Below, piece by piece: positions 23,342-35,587 of a stretch of DNA of 64,000 nucleotides. The stretch comes from Lytechinus pictus. Its lineage: Eukaryota. Position 1 is the first letter of the stretch; each line of letters opens with the position of its first letter. The notes beneath the pieces were generated by a model. The model saw only the letters and a program-made list of their open reading frames with translations, did no database searches and had not been told where the DNA came from. The translations under genes and the position numbers were made by a program. The stretch is from assembly GCF_037042905.1 (NCBI RefSeq), contig NC_087261.1, forward strand, positions 4,340,001-4,404,000. The letters run 5' to 3'.

Positions 23342-23892
23342 CCACTACATACTGCTCACTGCTTTCCGGGTTTTCGCCTCCTTCAAAATTGTGTCGAAAT
23401 ATATACTGTATTCGTTACTATGTCAAATATTATTTTGTATCTGTTTGAAGGAAATAAATGTGATTTTCAATCAATCAAAAAACATACCTGTTTACAATAA
23501 ACATAAGAAAAAATACCTATCGAAAATTAGAGAGAAACACAAAGGAAATGGTTTTGTGAAAAATGTTTTTTATTTGAGAAAGCTTATATGGCAAACTAAT
23601 CAATTACTTTTCAAATAATTTTCAGCACGCTATATATATACAAAACTGCCAACATACATATCATGCGGGCTTTACATCAATCACAACTTAATTTGTATTA
23701 TCTTCGCTCATACGCGTATTTCCACTAAACTCATGAAGCAAATATTACATTGAGGTCTTCTCAAAATAGGAAGTTTTCGAAATTGCAACGGGGACTGATT
23801 CTTCAATATAGAAAATCTATTGTCAAAAGCATTTTCATGACAAATAAGTCTTTGTCGAAAATCAGTGAATCAAAAACAGCTGTGTCGTCCTG

Positions 23893-24037
23893 GGGCCCGT
23901 TGCAGAAAGAGTTGCAATCAAACGCAACTCTAAAAATCATGCGCAACTTGATTTTCAACCAATCAACAGCGCGCATTTTGGACTTGCGATTGATTTTTTG
24001 ACTTACGTTCAAACGCAACTCTTTCTGCAACGGGCTC
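23893..24037. mobile_element. Harbinger-type MITE with CTG TSD
   Basis: CTG|GGGCCCGTTGCAGAAAGAGTTGC ... GCAACTCTTTCTGCAACGGGCTC|CTG. Confidence 0.85.
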
Positions 24038-24112
24038 CTGGACTCCGGACTAACGAAATTTATTTGCAATTTTACCATGTTTACGTCAGCAGGTCAGCTC
24101 AGAATCTAATGA

Positions 24113-24742
24113 GGGGGGTACGTGTTTCACATATATTTAAGTATGACTCATATTGCTTTCACACCAAGGTACGGTCACAGAGGCCGTACCCAGCGACCGA
24201 TCGGACGTGCTTTCACACCGCCGTCAAAATTTGGTCAGGCCCAGAGCAATCGGTCGCTATATAGCTGACTCACTGATCTGAATAGTATAGCTGACCAAGC
24301 CGGAAGCGGAAGTAGAGATAGCGCGTGGGCATGTATAGGGATCATTGAATTTCGATCGGTCGCTGAGTACGATGTGCTTTCACATCAAGCTTGCATCGGT
24401 CGCCGAAGTTTTAGGTCGGACTCAGCGAGCGATCGTTTTTTACCAAAACGATTGGTCTCTGAGTACAATTAAATGCTTTCACACTATGGTTTCATCGGTC
24501 GCTGGGTACGGTCTCTGCGACCGAACCCAGCGACCATACCGTAAAAGCAGTATTAGAGTCGCACTTATATGCCGATGAGTACATGATGTGCAACACGTAA
24601 TCTTATTGATCAATAAGATATTGATCAAGTAGTGCACGTCCTTTTGGCGTGATCTGACCAATGCGGTCATGCCTTTTATACCTTAAGTAAACAAGTATTT
24701 CAGTGTGACTTTAAGTCATACTTAAATCTTTGTGAAACACCC
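24113..24742. mobile_element. Family A MITE copy with nested MITE (~24150-24553)
   Basis: Outer ends match 1229-1451. The inner element has ATATTGCTTTCAC / GTAAAAGCAGTAT ends and inverted CAGAGGCCGTACCCAGCGACCGAT / ATCGGTCGCTGGGTACGGTCTCTG arms. Confidence 0.75.
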
Positions 24743-25067
24743 TTGGTTGACCAATAATTTTCGACAAAGAGCTCTCAGCTGCTCATTGTGTTTGACAGGC
24801 ATTTTCAATATATTTACTATGTTGTAGAATCCGTTCCCATCGCGATTGCGAAAACTAGCAAAAACTAGACAAGTGTCGCGACATGATGCTGAAAACATGC
24901 GAATCATATCCACATGATATGTTTAAACTATCGCAAAGGTAGTCAGGACGGTCCTAGCATGTACATTATTGAATGACCTCAAGAAAGCCCCATAATCTGA
25001 AGACGAAGGCAATAGATATTACAACGACTATGAACAAGATTTTGATCATTGCGGTGTGCAACACTTC

Positions 25068-28000
25068 TTATATTTCTTCTAAGAAAATGAGTTCATTTCC
25101 ATTAGAACTTTCAAAGTTGAGATTAACTTCAGGAGACATGTCAGCACATTCCATCTTATTTTTATTAGATTGAGGTGCAATGGATACCTCATCAAGGTCT
25201 CCTTCTTCAGAGTTCTTTTGTCCAATCGTTTCTTTCAATGATAATTTCACGTTACCTTGAGCTGCCCTTCCATTTGTTCTTCTCTGATTTGCTTGTTTCA
25301 TCGCCATGGCTTTCTTAGCCTTGGCAACCTTGGCTTTGGCATCGGTTCTAATCCTGGACGCTCTGAGTCTCGCGTTCCACACCCCGGCCTGTCGCATCCA
25401 AATGCGATGAAACAGTCTAGTCTTGCTCTCAGCCACAAGGGTGCAGAAGAGAGTGGAATTTTCGCTAGGACGAAACTCAGTATGCTTAAAGATGCCATGC
25501 GAACGTACGTATTCTTCCCCAGCACATTCTCGAAAGACATCCTCTTTTCTTTTACGGAAAGTGGCTAGGTCCCTCAAGAATTCTGGACCGTAGTCTTTGA
25601 TCTTCTTCCAGAGAGTAGCGTTGAATCGTTCATAGAGAATGGTATCCGCGCGGCTCCATTCGCGAATACTCTGGCGCGTTGTTTGATTGATATCCACTCG
25701 GCTTGGACGCTGGTTCTTCGATATGTAAACGATGTCATCAAACGACCAACAAAGCATTTTCTTAAGAAGGACCAAAGACTCGTCGAAGTATTCGCTGATC
25801 AGGACAAGGTCCAGTTCCTTGACAAGGTTGTCAACAGTCCGGTTGACCATCGTTTCATCTGCGTGATACTTTGAATCTAACCCAAGATCAAAGATCTGAT
25901 TGTTTCGAGCGTAGTACCATCTAAGCCCGCGGGTGGTGTCCCACGGAAGTGTCTTCAGTCGCCTCCTGTAGTATCCCGGCCGACGCATGAACTCCTCGAT
26001 CTCATGGCCCTTTACACGACAGTGAGTAGCAGGGGAGAAACTGTCAGTGAACCGGAAGTGGTTAAATGCAGATTCGAAGTGTGCACTTGGTTCACGGATA
26101 ATAGTGATATACTTTGTTTCCGGTAGCATGAAGTAGTCCATTGCAGATCGATTGTACCGCAGATGAACAGCTATCATGTTGTATTTAAAATGAGAAAAAT
26201 CATTGGCCGCTACACCAAGGGGTGGAAGAAAGAAATACCTTGGACTGTGCTTGGTGACCGGGATGTAAACAAAGTGCCCATTGGTTGGACTGACCTTGTT
26301 CATGACAAAAGAGAGCTTATTCAGTAAACCGTATCTGTTTATCACAGTTTGAAGCGTCGTCGATGCGGTCTTATGAGTTTTAATGTAAGCTACGTTACCC
26401 TGTGGGTGACAAGAACCGTCCCCATGACGTGACGCCTTAGACGTCAATTTAATAATCTCTTCTTTCCGTCGTTGCTTCTTCTCCTCTAACTGATGGCGAA
26501 CGCGACGGATGTCCTCCTGTCTTTCAAGAACCTTCTTGCCAGTTTCTTCGCGTGTCCAAATGGAGGCATTTCCTCGAGTACGGTTTGATGTCTTCGGCAC
26601 AAAATCCAATGTAATATTGTGCTTGCTCTTCCCTAACAAGCTTTTGTGAACCCAAGATACATTACTGGATATATATTTGTTGGGCCCGAGTCCTTGGGCA
26701 TATCTCCTTGGTCCATTTCTTGCACCGTGCCTGCTTGGTGACTTGACTCCAGATGCCACAGGATCGATCCGCAATCTGCGATGGGAAACAAAGAGTGTGC
26801 GGAAAACAGAATTAAAACAAAAAAGAAGAATTATAGTAGCAAAGAGCAGAATCGAAGATCTGGGTCCTGTCTTACAAAGAGTTACGATTGGTCAGATCAA
26901 CCTGAACTGTATAGAAATCCATCATCCATTGGCATTTTTTTATCCAGAACATTTGCAAAATGTCCTTCATAAACAATCAGGCGAGTACTTATTGTCAAGA
27001 AAACGATTATGATTACACATCATCTAGAAAGCATTTTGAACGAACATACATTTTAGATGTTGACGATGCTGCCTTTCCATAGTTGTGGTTGATCAGGTCT
27101 AACGCAACTCTTTATAAGATGGGGCCCAGGATTTCTTAATATATTCGGTAAAAAAATGTATAACTTTGGATAAGATGCATTTTGTAGGTAACCGGTGGTG
27201 ATTCAATTAAATCAGTGATATCTTTTCGAGACAACCGTGTCATGGAGATCAGATAGAGGGCAAATCAAGATCTCTAAATCAACCCAAACATTGCTTATTA
27301 ACCTGGCCTACTTGCTTGCCTCTTCTTTCAAAGCATTACGTTTTATTAGTTCAAGTTCAATCATTAGGGTTGATTATTGTTAGATTAGGAAACACTAAAA
27401 ATATTACTTACGAATACTTTCACTCAGCGAATAGAAGTAATCACTACCTACTATATCGATTTCAAACTACACGAAATTTTAAGATGATGAAGAACATGAT
27501 TATACATAGATGTATAGAAGAAAGTGAAAAAAAAAACCCATCTTACTTGGCAGCATTATTGTGATCTGTGACACGCGCCCTCTTCGGTGAGAGTAGTGAC
27601 AAAGAAGCGAGGACGATGAGTAATAAAGTGATGGAGAATGCTCCAAATTTAAGGAGAACCTATAGAAATGATAAACAAATGATGGAGATTGAAGACAGGG
27701 ATGCTAATGAGACAAGAAAAAGAGAGAGGAGGAAGAAGACCAAAGTGCTACAATTTACTTACCGGTAGTTAGTTACTTAAACCTGGGTTACACCGGAAAC
27801 GAATCAGCCGCTGCGAATCCATCCGAACATACATATTTGGGTGGAATCGGGAGTATTCTGTTCTCCCACCGCGAATGCAAAAAAAAAAAATCGGGAGGGA
27901 TTCAGGAACATTCGCAGGGAAATTCGGCTAGTTTTAAAATGTTCATAACCAGCCAAGTACCCTCCAAAATACTCCCGAAAGTTGCCACAACAATTCCATT

Positions 28001-29825
28001 CGGGCTACATTCGGGAATCTGGATGTATTCGGATGGCATTCGGTTGGATAAGGGGAGGCATTCGGAGTATTCTGGGAAGATTAGGACATATTCGTGTCAT
28101 TCGGGGAGTAACGGTCCGAGCTCGGCACACATGGCCAAATTCGTTCCGATTGAGTCAACATTCGGCTGTAATCGGAGCAATCGGGCCAAGATTCGGGTAG
28201 ATTCTGGTCACCTTTGGCTCGATTCTTGCCCCTAGTCGGGTGGAATTTCGCTTTATTCTGGATGGTCAAAATTGATTTGGGTAAATTATTTGTATGTCTG
28301 CACTAATTCGGGACCTATTCGGGGCCCATTCCTCCATATTCGGAGAGCTCCCGAATCAGAGACGAATAGGTTCCGAATCTACCGAATTAATCCGAACCAG
28401 GCCATATTCGGACAGAATCAGTCCGATTTATTCGGGAGAATTCGGTTTTGGTGTAACCCTATATTTAGTTTCTTACTTACTTACTTTTACTTACTTACTT
28501 ACTTACTTTACTTACTAACTTTCTTATGGTTAATTGATTAGTTAATAAGTAAGTTATTTTAATTAGTTTGATAGAATCAAGTTACTTCCTTATAATAATT
28601 AGGAACTTAACTACTTCTTACCTATTATTTACCCACTAACAAACTTGCTTACTTACATAGTCATTTGCTTACTTACTTACGTACTTACCTAACTTACGTA
28701 CTTACCTATCTTACTTACTTACTTACTTAGAAAATGGTAGTGAGTGAAAATGAAAAAAGCTGAATTATATGAAGTTTCTTTCACATTTACAAATGAGAGT
28801 ATTAAGTGCGTTAGAAGTATGAAAGAGAGAGAGGAGTAGAGAGAAGGGAGCGAGGGGGAGAGCGGGGGGGGGGGGGTAGAGAGCAAATCTTGTAAATTTT
28901 ACAGGAAGGAAAGAACCTACCATGGACGGAAATATAGCATTCAAAGACTATGAATATGAAATATACTATAGACCTACTAGTTTTCTAATTTGCACTGCAT
29001 GTGGATTGAATTTGTTCTTAGGTTGTATACTGGTTTGTGAAATTAAACGAAACTTTGAAAAGTCATAGCCTGCTTACATTATAGCCAATTTTGTTAGCAT
29101 CTTTGTTCGATTTTGTTAGCATTGTGTTTGTTTCGTTCAAATCAAGTCTTTGTTTGAGTGGACTTGCCCTTAAAGGGATGGTCCGGCCTGAAAATATTTA
29201 TATCTAGATAAATAGAGTGAAATGCACAGAACAAAATGCTGAAAATTTCATCAAAATCGGATAACAAATAACGAATTTATTTAATTTTAAAGTTTATCAA
29301 TATTTTGTGGAAACAGTTATATGAACATTTTCATGAATATTCATTAGGTGGGCTGATGATGTCACATCCCCACTTTCCTTTTTCTTATGTTATTACATGA
29401 AATCATAAGTGTTTCATTTTTTCATTCATTTGAAAATGATGTGTCTCCATTATGATGAAATAAGTTGCGGCAATCAATAACTAATGTACTTAATCAGTTG
29501 TTAATCCAATTGTTTTAGTTCTTGGTAGAACATTTTTGAATAAACCTAATTTCATATAATAAAATACAAAAGAACAAGTGGAGATATGACATCATCAGCC
29601 CCCCCTAATGAATATTCATAAAGACATGCCAAGAACTGTTTCACCGGAATAATGCAAATCTTTAAACTTCAATAACTTTGTTATTTGTTATCCGATTTTG
29701 ATCAAATTTTCAGCATTTTGCTGTGTGAATTATATATTGAGATATGAATATTTCCAGCCTGGACCATTCTTTTAACGACGGTTTCCATGTTGACTTACCC
29801 TTTTCCCAATGCGCATCATGGCCAT
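25068..29825 (-). CDS. Galactose-3-O-sulfotransferase family (GAL3ST/cerebroside sulfotransferase-like), ~615 aa; coding exons 29825-29799, 27659-27547, 26775-25068
   Basis: Exon 1 MAMMRIGKR (aaaATGG, GTAAGT donor, phase 0). Exon 2 signal-anchor VLLKFGAFSITLLLIVLASLSLL (phase 2). Exon 3 has 5'-PSB YIKTHKTASTT, 3'-PB YITIIREP, plus RNNQIFDLG and LDLVLISEYFDESLVLLKKMLCW. All phases are compatible; possible 5'UTR exon donor at 31274. Confidence 0.9.
26860..27129. mobile_element. Family B MITE copy (GAL3ST intron)
   Basis: CTGGGTCCTGTCTTACAAAGAGTT...AACTCTTTATAAGATGGGGCCCAG; colinear with 4305-4592. Confidence 0.8.
27785..28459. mobile_element. MITE with ATTCGG/CCGAAT subterminal repeats
   Basis: TIRs GGGTTACACCGGAAACGAAT / ATTCGGTTTTGGTGTAACCC; many ATTCGG hexamers. 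Confidence 0.75.
28470..28730. repeat. (ACTT)n degenerate microsatellite
   Basis: Direct reading. Confidence 0.85.
29174..29771. mobile_element. TTAA-TSD (Kolobok-like) MITE
   Basis: TTAA|AGGGATGGTCCGGCCTGAAAATATT ... ATATTTCCAGCCTGGACCATTCTT|TTAA with long imperfect inverted arms. Relatives at ~42500-42850 and ~58061-58610. Confidence 0.8.
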
Positions 29826-31800
29826 TTTGTCTCAAACATCATCATACGATGAAATGAATTCTGGAACAAGAAGAAGAAAGACAGAAAGCGAATTGCTAAT
29901 CATTATGGAGCAACAGGCCAATTTTACAATGAACGGGTTTCAAATATCTTCACAATCATGCATGATTATAATAACCCGATATTAAACCAATTATACTTCA
30001 TACTTCACAAGCCCAGCGAGCAGCATGCAATCGGTGAGTTGCCAATCAATTAATCAACATATTTGTGATCCAGGTTCAAAGAAACTGGGACAAAAAAAAA
30101 ATCATTTTTTTAATGAAGATGGAAATAGAGAAAAAATTTGATTAAATACAAGTATCATCGAAATCGGTTCTGAAATGGAAATACACGTGCATCTCTCCAC
30201 GTTTTGTGCAAAAAAAAAATCATGTTCCCTCATTACCTCTCCATATATGGTAGACTTTGGAAAATGTAAATTTGACACAACAACACACAAGTCATGTTTG
30301 TTGAGTTCACCAAACGAGAAAAGGAAAAGCAGCATCATTCAGATATCGTTATAATCAAGGAAATATTAAACACTGTGTAATAGAGACTAATTATGTAATT
30401 TTGAAGCAACGTTGCCAATTATGAGAACAATTATTCTAGACTGTTTAAAACTTGTATGAGCTTTTGCTTTTCGTAACCAATAATGCTCGTGATGCTGTCA
30501 TGAAAAATGTGGGTAGAAATTATAATTTTATGGTTGACATTGTGGAAAAATTTCCTCTAAAAACTGATGAGAATAACGATTGGGATAAAGTTACAATAGT
30601 TATTCCATAAATGGAAATTTTCTCGAAAATTGAAAATATCATTGCAAAGTTATTGATAAACATATTAATAATTTGCAATCACATGCACTAACCGTCAACA
30701 TGTTTATTGCGTGATGTATATAGCCCCCACCCCATGATTGATTTTCAGGTTGGCCTCATATAGGCTAGAGATTATTGCTGAAATCTTCACCTCAGTCGTC
30801 AATGATGCGATCACCCCTTCTCCTTGGCCCCGCCGGATCCATGTGCCACATACAATCAAAACAATATTATATTACCGTTTATTGAAATAAATATTATATC
30901 GACATGATATCAACGTTTAGCAGTCATAAAAGACGTCTTGAAAACAAACTAATATCCATGGAGAATAATGAGAATAATAATTTCGAGGTATATTGTTTCA
31001 TATGAACAAGGATTGCTGGGAATATAATTGATAAGAGACCACATCGTTCGAACAGCTGTAGACAGGGAAGTGGAAGTTTAGACTCCCATTTCCCTGGTTC
31101 GAACACCATTTGGCCATTGATGCATGAGCATAATGATGCTAACAATCACCCCCAAAGAAATAAGAGTTTATATTCCTATATCAATTTAATACTCATCCAT
31201 AGTTAAAGCGAAATATTATACAAGCAATGGAAGATGAATACGAAGTTACAAAAATAAATTCATATTGCCTTACCTGCTTTCATAATTATGATGAGCTGGG
31301 ATCGTATCCTAAACAGTGGAAGTCTGACATCTGAATTGCAGACATGTTGAGGTCAATCGCAATGAACCTCGTGTGGTGGGGAAACCGGAATAGATCCACA
31401 GAACAGGGAGTTGGAAAGCCTGTATATGTTTGACCAGGAAATTGCGAGTGAGGTAACTCCTTGGTACATATGATAATAATCAGGGGATAATTCTCTGGTA
31501 TATGATGCAATGCGCTGTTGGCTAACTACACGAGTGTTGGTTTGAACATGGACCTGTAGGTCCATGATGGTTTGAATGATGATGGATGGATGCATTTCTG
31601 CGTATTCAGCAATTCGGGCAGCATCCTCTATAGTAGTCTACAACATACAGACAATAATTCATTCCCTATTGAGGGGTTTCATTTTTAAAATGTATCATTC
31701 AATTTCGTGACCGTCAATAAAAGTCAATATTGCAGTAAATTTCAGGAAAGAAAATGTCAACTCCGAGATAGCTGCTTCTAATCTCAAAATATTTTTTTGT

Positions 31801-32061
31801 CTGGGCCCCGTCTTACAAAGAGTTGCGATTGATCTGATCAACAGCAACTAATGTTTGTTCAAAATGTTTTGTGTATAATGATGTATACTAGCTCATACAT
31901 TCATTGTTATCTTGACAATTTTGATGTGCTCCTCTTTGTATTCAACTGAGGACTTTTGAAATTTTTGAATTTTGGAAGGAAAATGATGACATCGATGAAT
32001 TCCCATATAGTTGAGGTTGCTCGGATCGATCAATCACATCTCTTTGCAAGACGGGGCCCAG
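31801..32061. mobile_element. Family B MITE copy (reverse orientation)
   Basis: CTGGGCCCCGTCTTACAAAGAGTTGCG...CTCTTTGCAAGACGGGGCCCAG. Confidence 0.8.
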
Positions 32062-32454
32062 ATCGATGACAGTAGGTGCATGCGTCAGTGCCCTTATCCT
32101 CGATCTGATCCAGGTCCCCGCGATCTCAGAGGACCTTCACCTCGCTGTTGGTCTTCTGATTGCTTGAAATGAGAATTCTTGAGAAAAAGTTTTTTTCTTC
32201 TTCGCAGTCAGTCCTCACAGCACAACTGGCATGACTAGAGAGTATCATCCACAGTGACTGGCGTGCAGATAGAGGGGGGAGGGCGGCCTTTGGGCCATGG
32301 ACACCCCCCCCCCCCCCAAAAAAAAAAAAAAAAAAAAAAAAGTAATAATCATGTTTAAGAAAAACATGATAAGATAGAAGAGAAAGAAAATGAATGGATA
32401 ATAAAGTGTGGAATGTACTATTTTCTGAATATCATATCACAGCTATCAAATAAT

Positions 32455-32722
32455 AATCGGTTGGCTCAGTTGGTAGCGCGTCCGTCTCACAACCGAGAGG
32501 TCGGGAGTTCAAACCCCGGCCGCGTCAGACCAAAAGACGTTAAAAGATGGGAATTGCTGCTACCATGTTTGGCGTTCAACGATTAAAGGGATAGAGCCTC
32601 GTCGATCTGGCGCTGCATAGCGACTGCCGCGCCCACGATCAATTGTGCAAAGCAGATTTTTGGAGTATTTCATTTCATGTCTATTTCGAAAAATAAAATA
32701 TGGATTTTCATTTTGGACTTTT
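32455..32722 (+). mobile_element. tRNA-derived SINE with Nin-like central domain
   Basis: A box TGGCTCAGTTGG and B box AGTTCAAACC, then GTCAGACCAAAAGACGTTAAAAGATGGGAATTGCTGC...TGGCGTTCAACGATTAAAGGGATAG (Nin-domain-like), AATAAA and an AT-rich tail. Confidence 0.8.
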
Positions 32723-34623
32723 TTAATTTTTAAAGTGTGCCCCATGTGCCAAGTTTGGCAACCTCGAATCTCAATTTTTTAGGGGGTGGGCTCATTACCC
32801 TATGCGGCTCGGTCATCAGAAGTTATTATTGTTCCAATTCTTCTAGATTTTGAATTGTTGATTAATAAATAATTGAAGGATTTATTTCAAATAATATCAA
32901 ATTAAGACATAAATTTTGATTTTGATTTTGGTCAGAACGCTAAATTAATAATGATTAATTAAACTTTTTCCCCTATGCAATCTGCGATGCGATGTAATCT
33001 TTATCAAGGTAACTTGAAAGATGTTTTGATCATAGTTTACAAAAGCATAAGCCTATCGGAGCTGACATAAGAAAGGAAAATTAAATCGTATTCAGCATGT
33101 CAAAATCAATTTGAGTTTAGGTCAAATATTAAAAGATGATTTAACACTGATAATTAATGTAGGCCTACGTGACTGAAATATGAAAAAAAATGTCGAGTTT
33201 GTCGACCGATATAGTTGACATTGTTGAAGGCCATGAACTAGTTGTTGGTTCATTTGAAATTGGTTTGATTAAAGAAATTATTATTATAAAAAACAAACAA
33301 CATGAACAATCAGCATGGGAGACATGTGAACGGACTTCGGTTCATTGATCAGTTCATTTTCATCCAAATTCCATATAATGCTTTCATCGTATGAGGGCGA
33401 CAAAGTACTGTAAAAGTTATCCCAAATTGCGGTTTTAGAGTCAGTAATAATATAAAGAGATATCGCAACAAAAAACATTTAGTTATATTTCTTCGAGAAT
33501 GAATCAGATAGATGGAAAGTAGAGGGTGGGGTTGTGGAGAGGGGGAGGGGAGAACAGAGGCAGCGGAACCGGAGGCAGGGGGCACTTGTACCCCAATAAA
33601 TCATACAGAAATCATATATGCTCTTATTTTAGAATGTGCCCTTTAGTTTATTATTCTGCGCATTTTCGTCCCCGATGATGATTCCCTCTTATTTGTTATG
33701 TATTTCAAATTGTGAAATAAGATTTCTTCTTTTTTTCAGTCATACTTCATCCATATATAGGGAACATCACCACAGAATTCACGACAGAATGCTATTACTT
33801 CTATAGCTACTTTTTGAAGACGGGCCCGGGAACTGAGAGCCTCGAATAGGCGGCACTCCCTGATTTTTTTCTGAGGGGCTTATTCACAATTTACGCTTTC
33901 ATTATTTGAGTCCAATATTCCATATAACGATTGCTTGATTCTAAAGACATCGGTCCTCAAAAGACAGCACTGTGCTGTATTCAAAATTAACCAAGCTTGA
34001 CGGGCCTGTTTCCACTCTCCAACTTTGCAAGGTTTTCTATCACTCAAAAAACATGCGGGTCGAAAGTAATACTCTTCAATGCGAACGGCTTAGAATTTAG
34101 AGAGATTTTTTTTACACTATTTGCATTTTTGAAGCTTATGATTGTACGTACCCGCTGATCTGTCGAACGTGTTCATTATAAGAACGCAGCATGCACGAAG
34201 TAATCAAAGCATGAATACGTCTCGAAAAAAAAATCAGTTTAGAAAAAGAATTCGAGCGTGTATCGGTTTGGGACAGGCCCCTCCTCTTCGCTGTTGTAGA
34301 AGACCAGGCCCTATACAGGTCTAGCCTTGGTTATAGTACTGAAATCTATTCAAAAGTAAATGTATTCTTCCTTTTCTGAAACTGCTGGAATTCTTTGGCT
34401 AAAAAGGGCTTCGGAAAGAGCGAAACATGGTTATCAGAAGCAGGAATTGAACAATTTGATCTCGAAATAAGCCTATATACATATGGAGTGTGATGTGACT
34501 TTCTTTTTTCTGATAGCTGCCTGAGGAGTAAACGCTGATTATGGTGCTTTAGCTCTTGTGATTTCAATCGCGTCGTGAACGTATAATTGGATTATAATAA
34601 TAATTTGTATTTAAGCCACAAAA

Positions 34624-34787
34624 ATGGAAAACTTGCGGGTTACAACACCGATGGCTGAATCAAAAGGAGAAGATGGATTGAATACCAAAAGAACGTTAAA
34701 TCTTAGTAACATATTTGATCCTCGTCCTCAACATCCTGATGGAACCCCGGGGATATCAGAACCAGTAGTTTCGATGGTAAGATAATC

Positions 34788-34835
<48 letters not shown>

Positions 34836-35555
34836 GTGATTTGATTTGCCTTGATTTAATATGACATGATATAATATGATATGATATGATTTGAAATGAT
34901 ATGATATTATAATGATATATTATTATGATATGATATAATATGATTTAATTTGATTTTATCGAGTGGTTAGTTAATTGATTGATTAATTGATTGATCGGTT
35001 GGTTGGTTGATTGATTTCATTCGGCATGTATGACATGAAGTCTGGTTTCCTTATTCAATTCAATGGATTGATTAGCTTTTGAATATACGGATTTAATTGA
35101 TTTATTAAATCTTTAAACATTAAACTAATTTCTTGCATGCATGTACGTTTTTCAATTGTATGTATTATTTCTCCTTTTGCATCATACATCATACTTATCC
35201 TTCTTGAAAATATAGTGAGACGATACTTAATCCAGGTGTAATCAGTGAAAAGGAAGTGTATTTCGTAGTTGACCCCCTCCCCCCAAAAAAAAATGATAAT
35301 AATAACAAAAATCATAAGAATGGAATAATTTCAGAAATAATTAGGCTTTATAGAAGACATGAGTATCAATTTACCAATAATTATTTTTCTTTTCTTTTTA
35401 CATATTTCCTTGTCATTCTTCTTTTTCCATCTTTCTCTTCTCCTTCTTCATGCCTTCATGCTTTGTCTTTATCCTCTTATTTGCATCACCAATGTGATAA
35501 CCACCACAACCGCCATCATCATCACTACGCCATCATCATCGGCATCATCATCACC

Positions 35556-35587
<32 letters not shown>

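Noticed and set aside
26677-27012. 111-aa plus-strand ORF and similar ORFs at 27837-28541
   Set aside because: They overlap the antisense GAL3ST exon and MITE sequence; no domain signal.
32455-32525. Functional tRNA gene
   Set aside because: It continues directly into a SINE body and tail.
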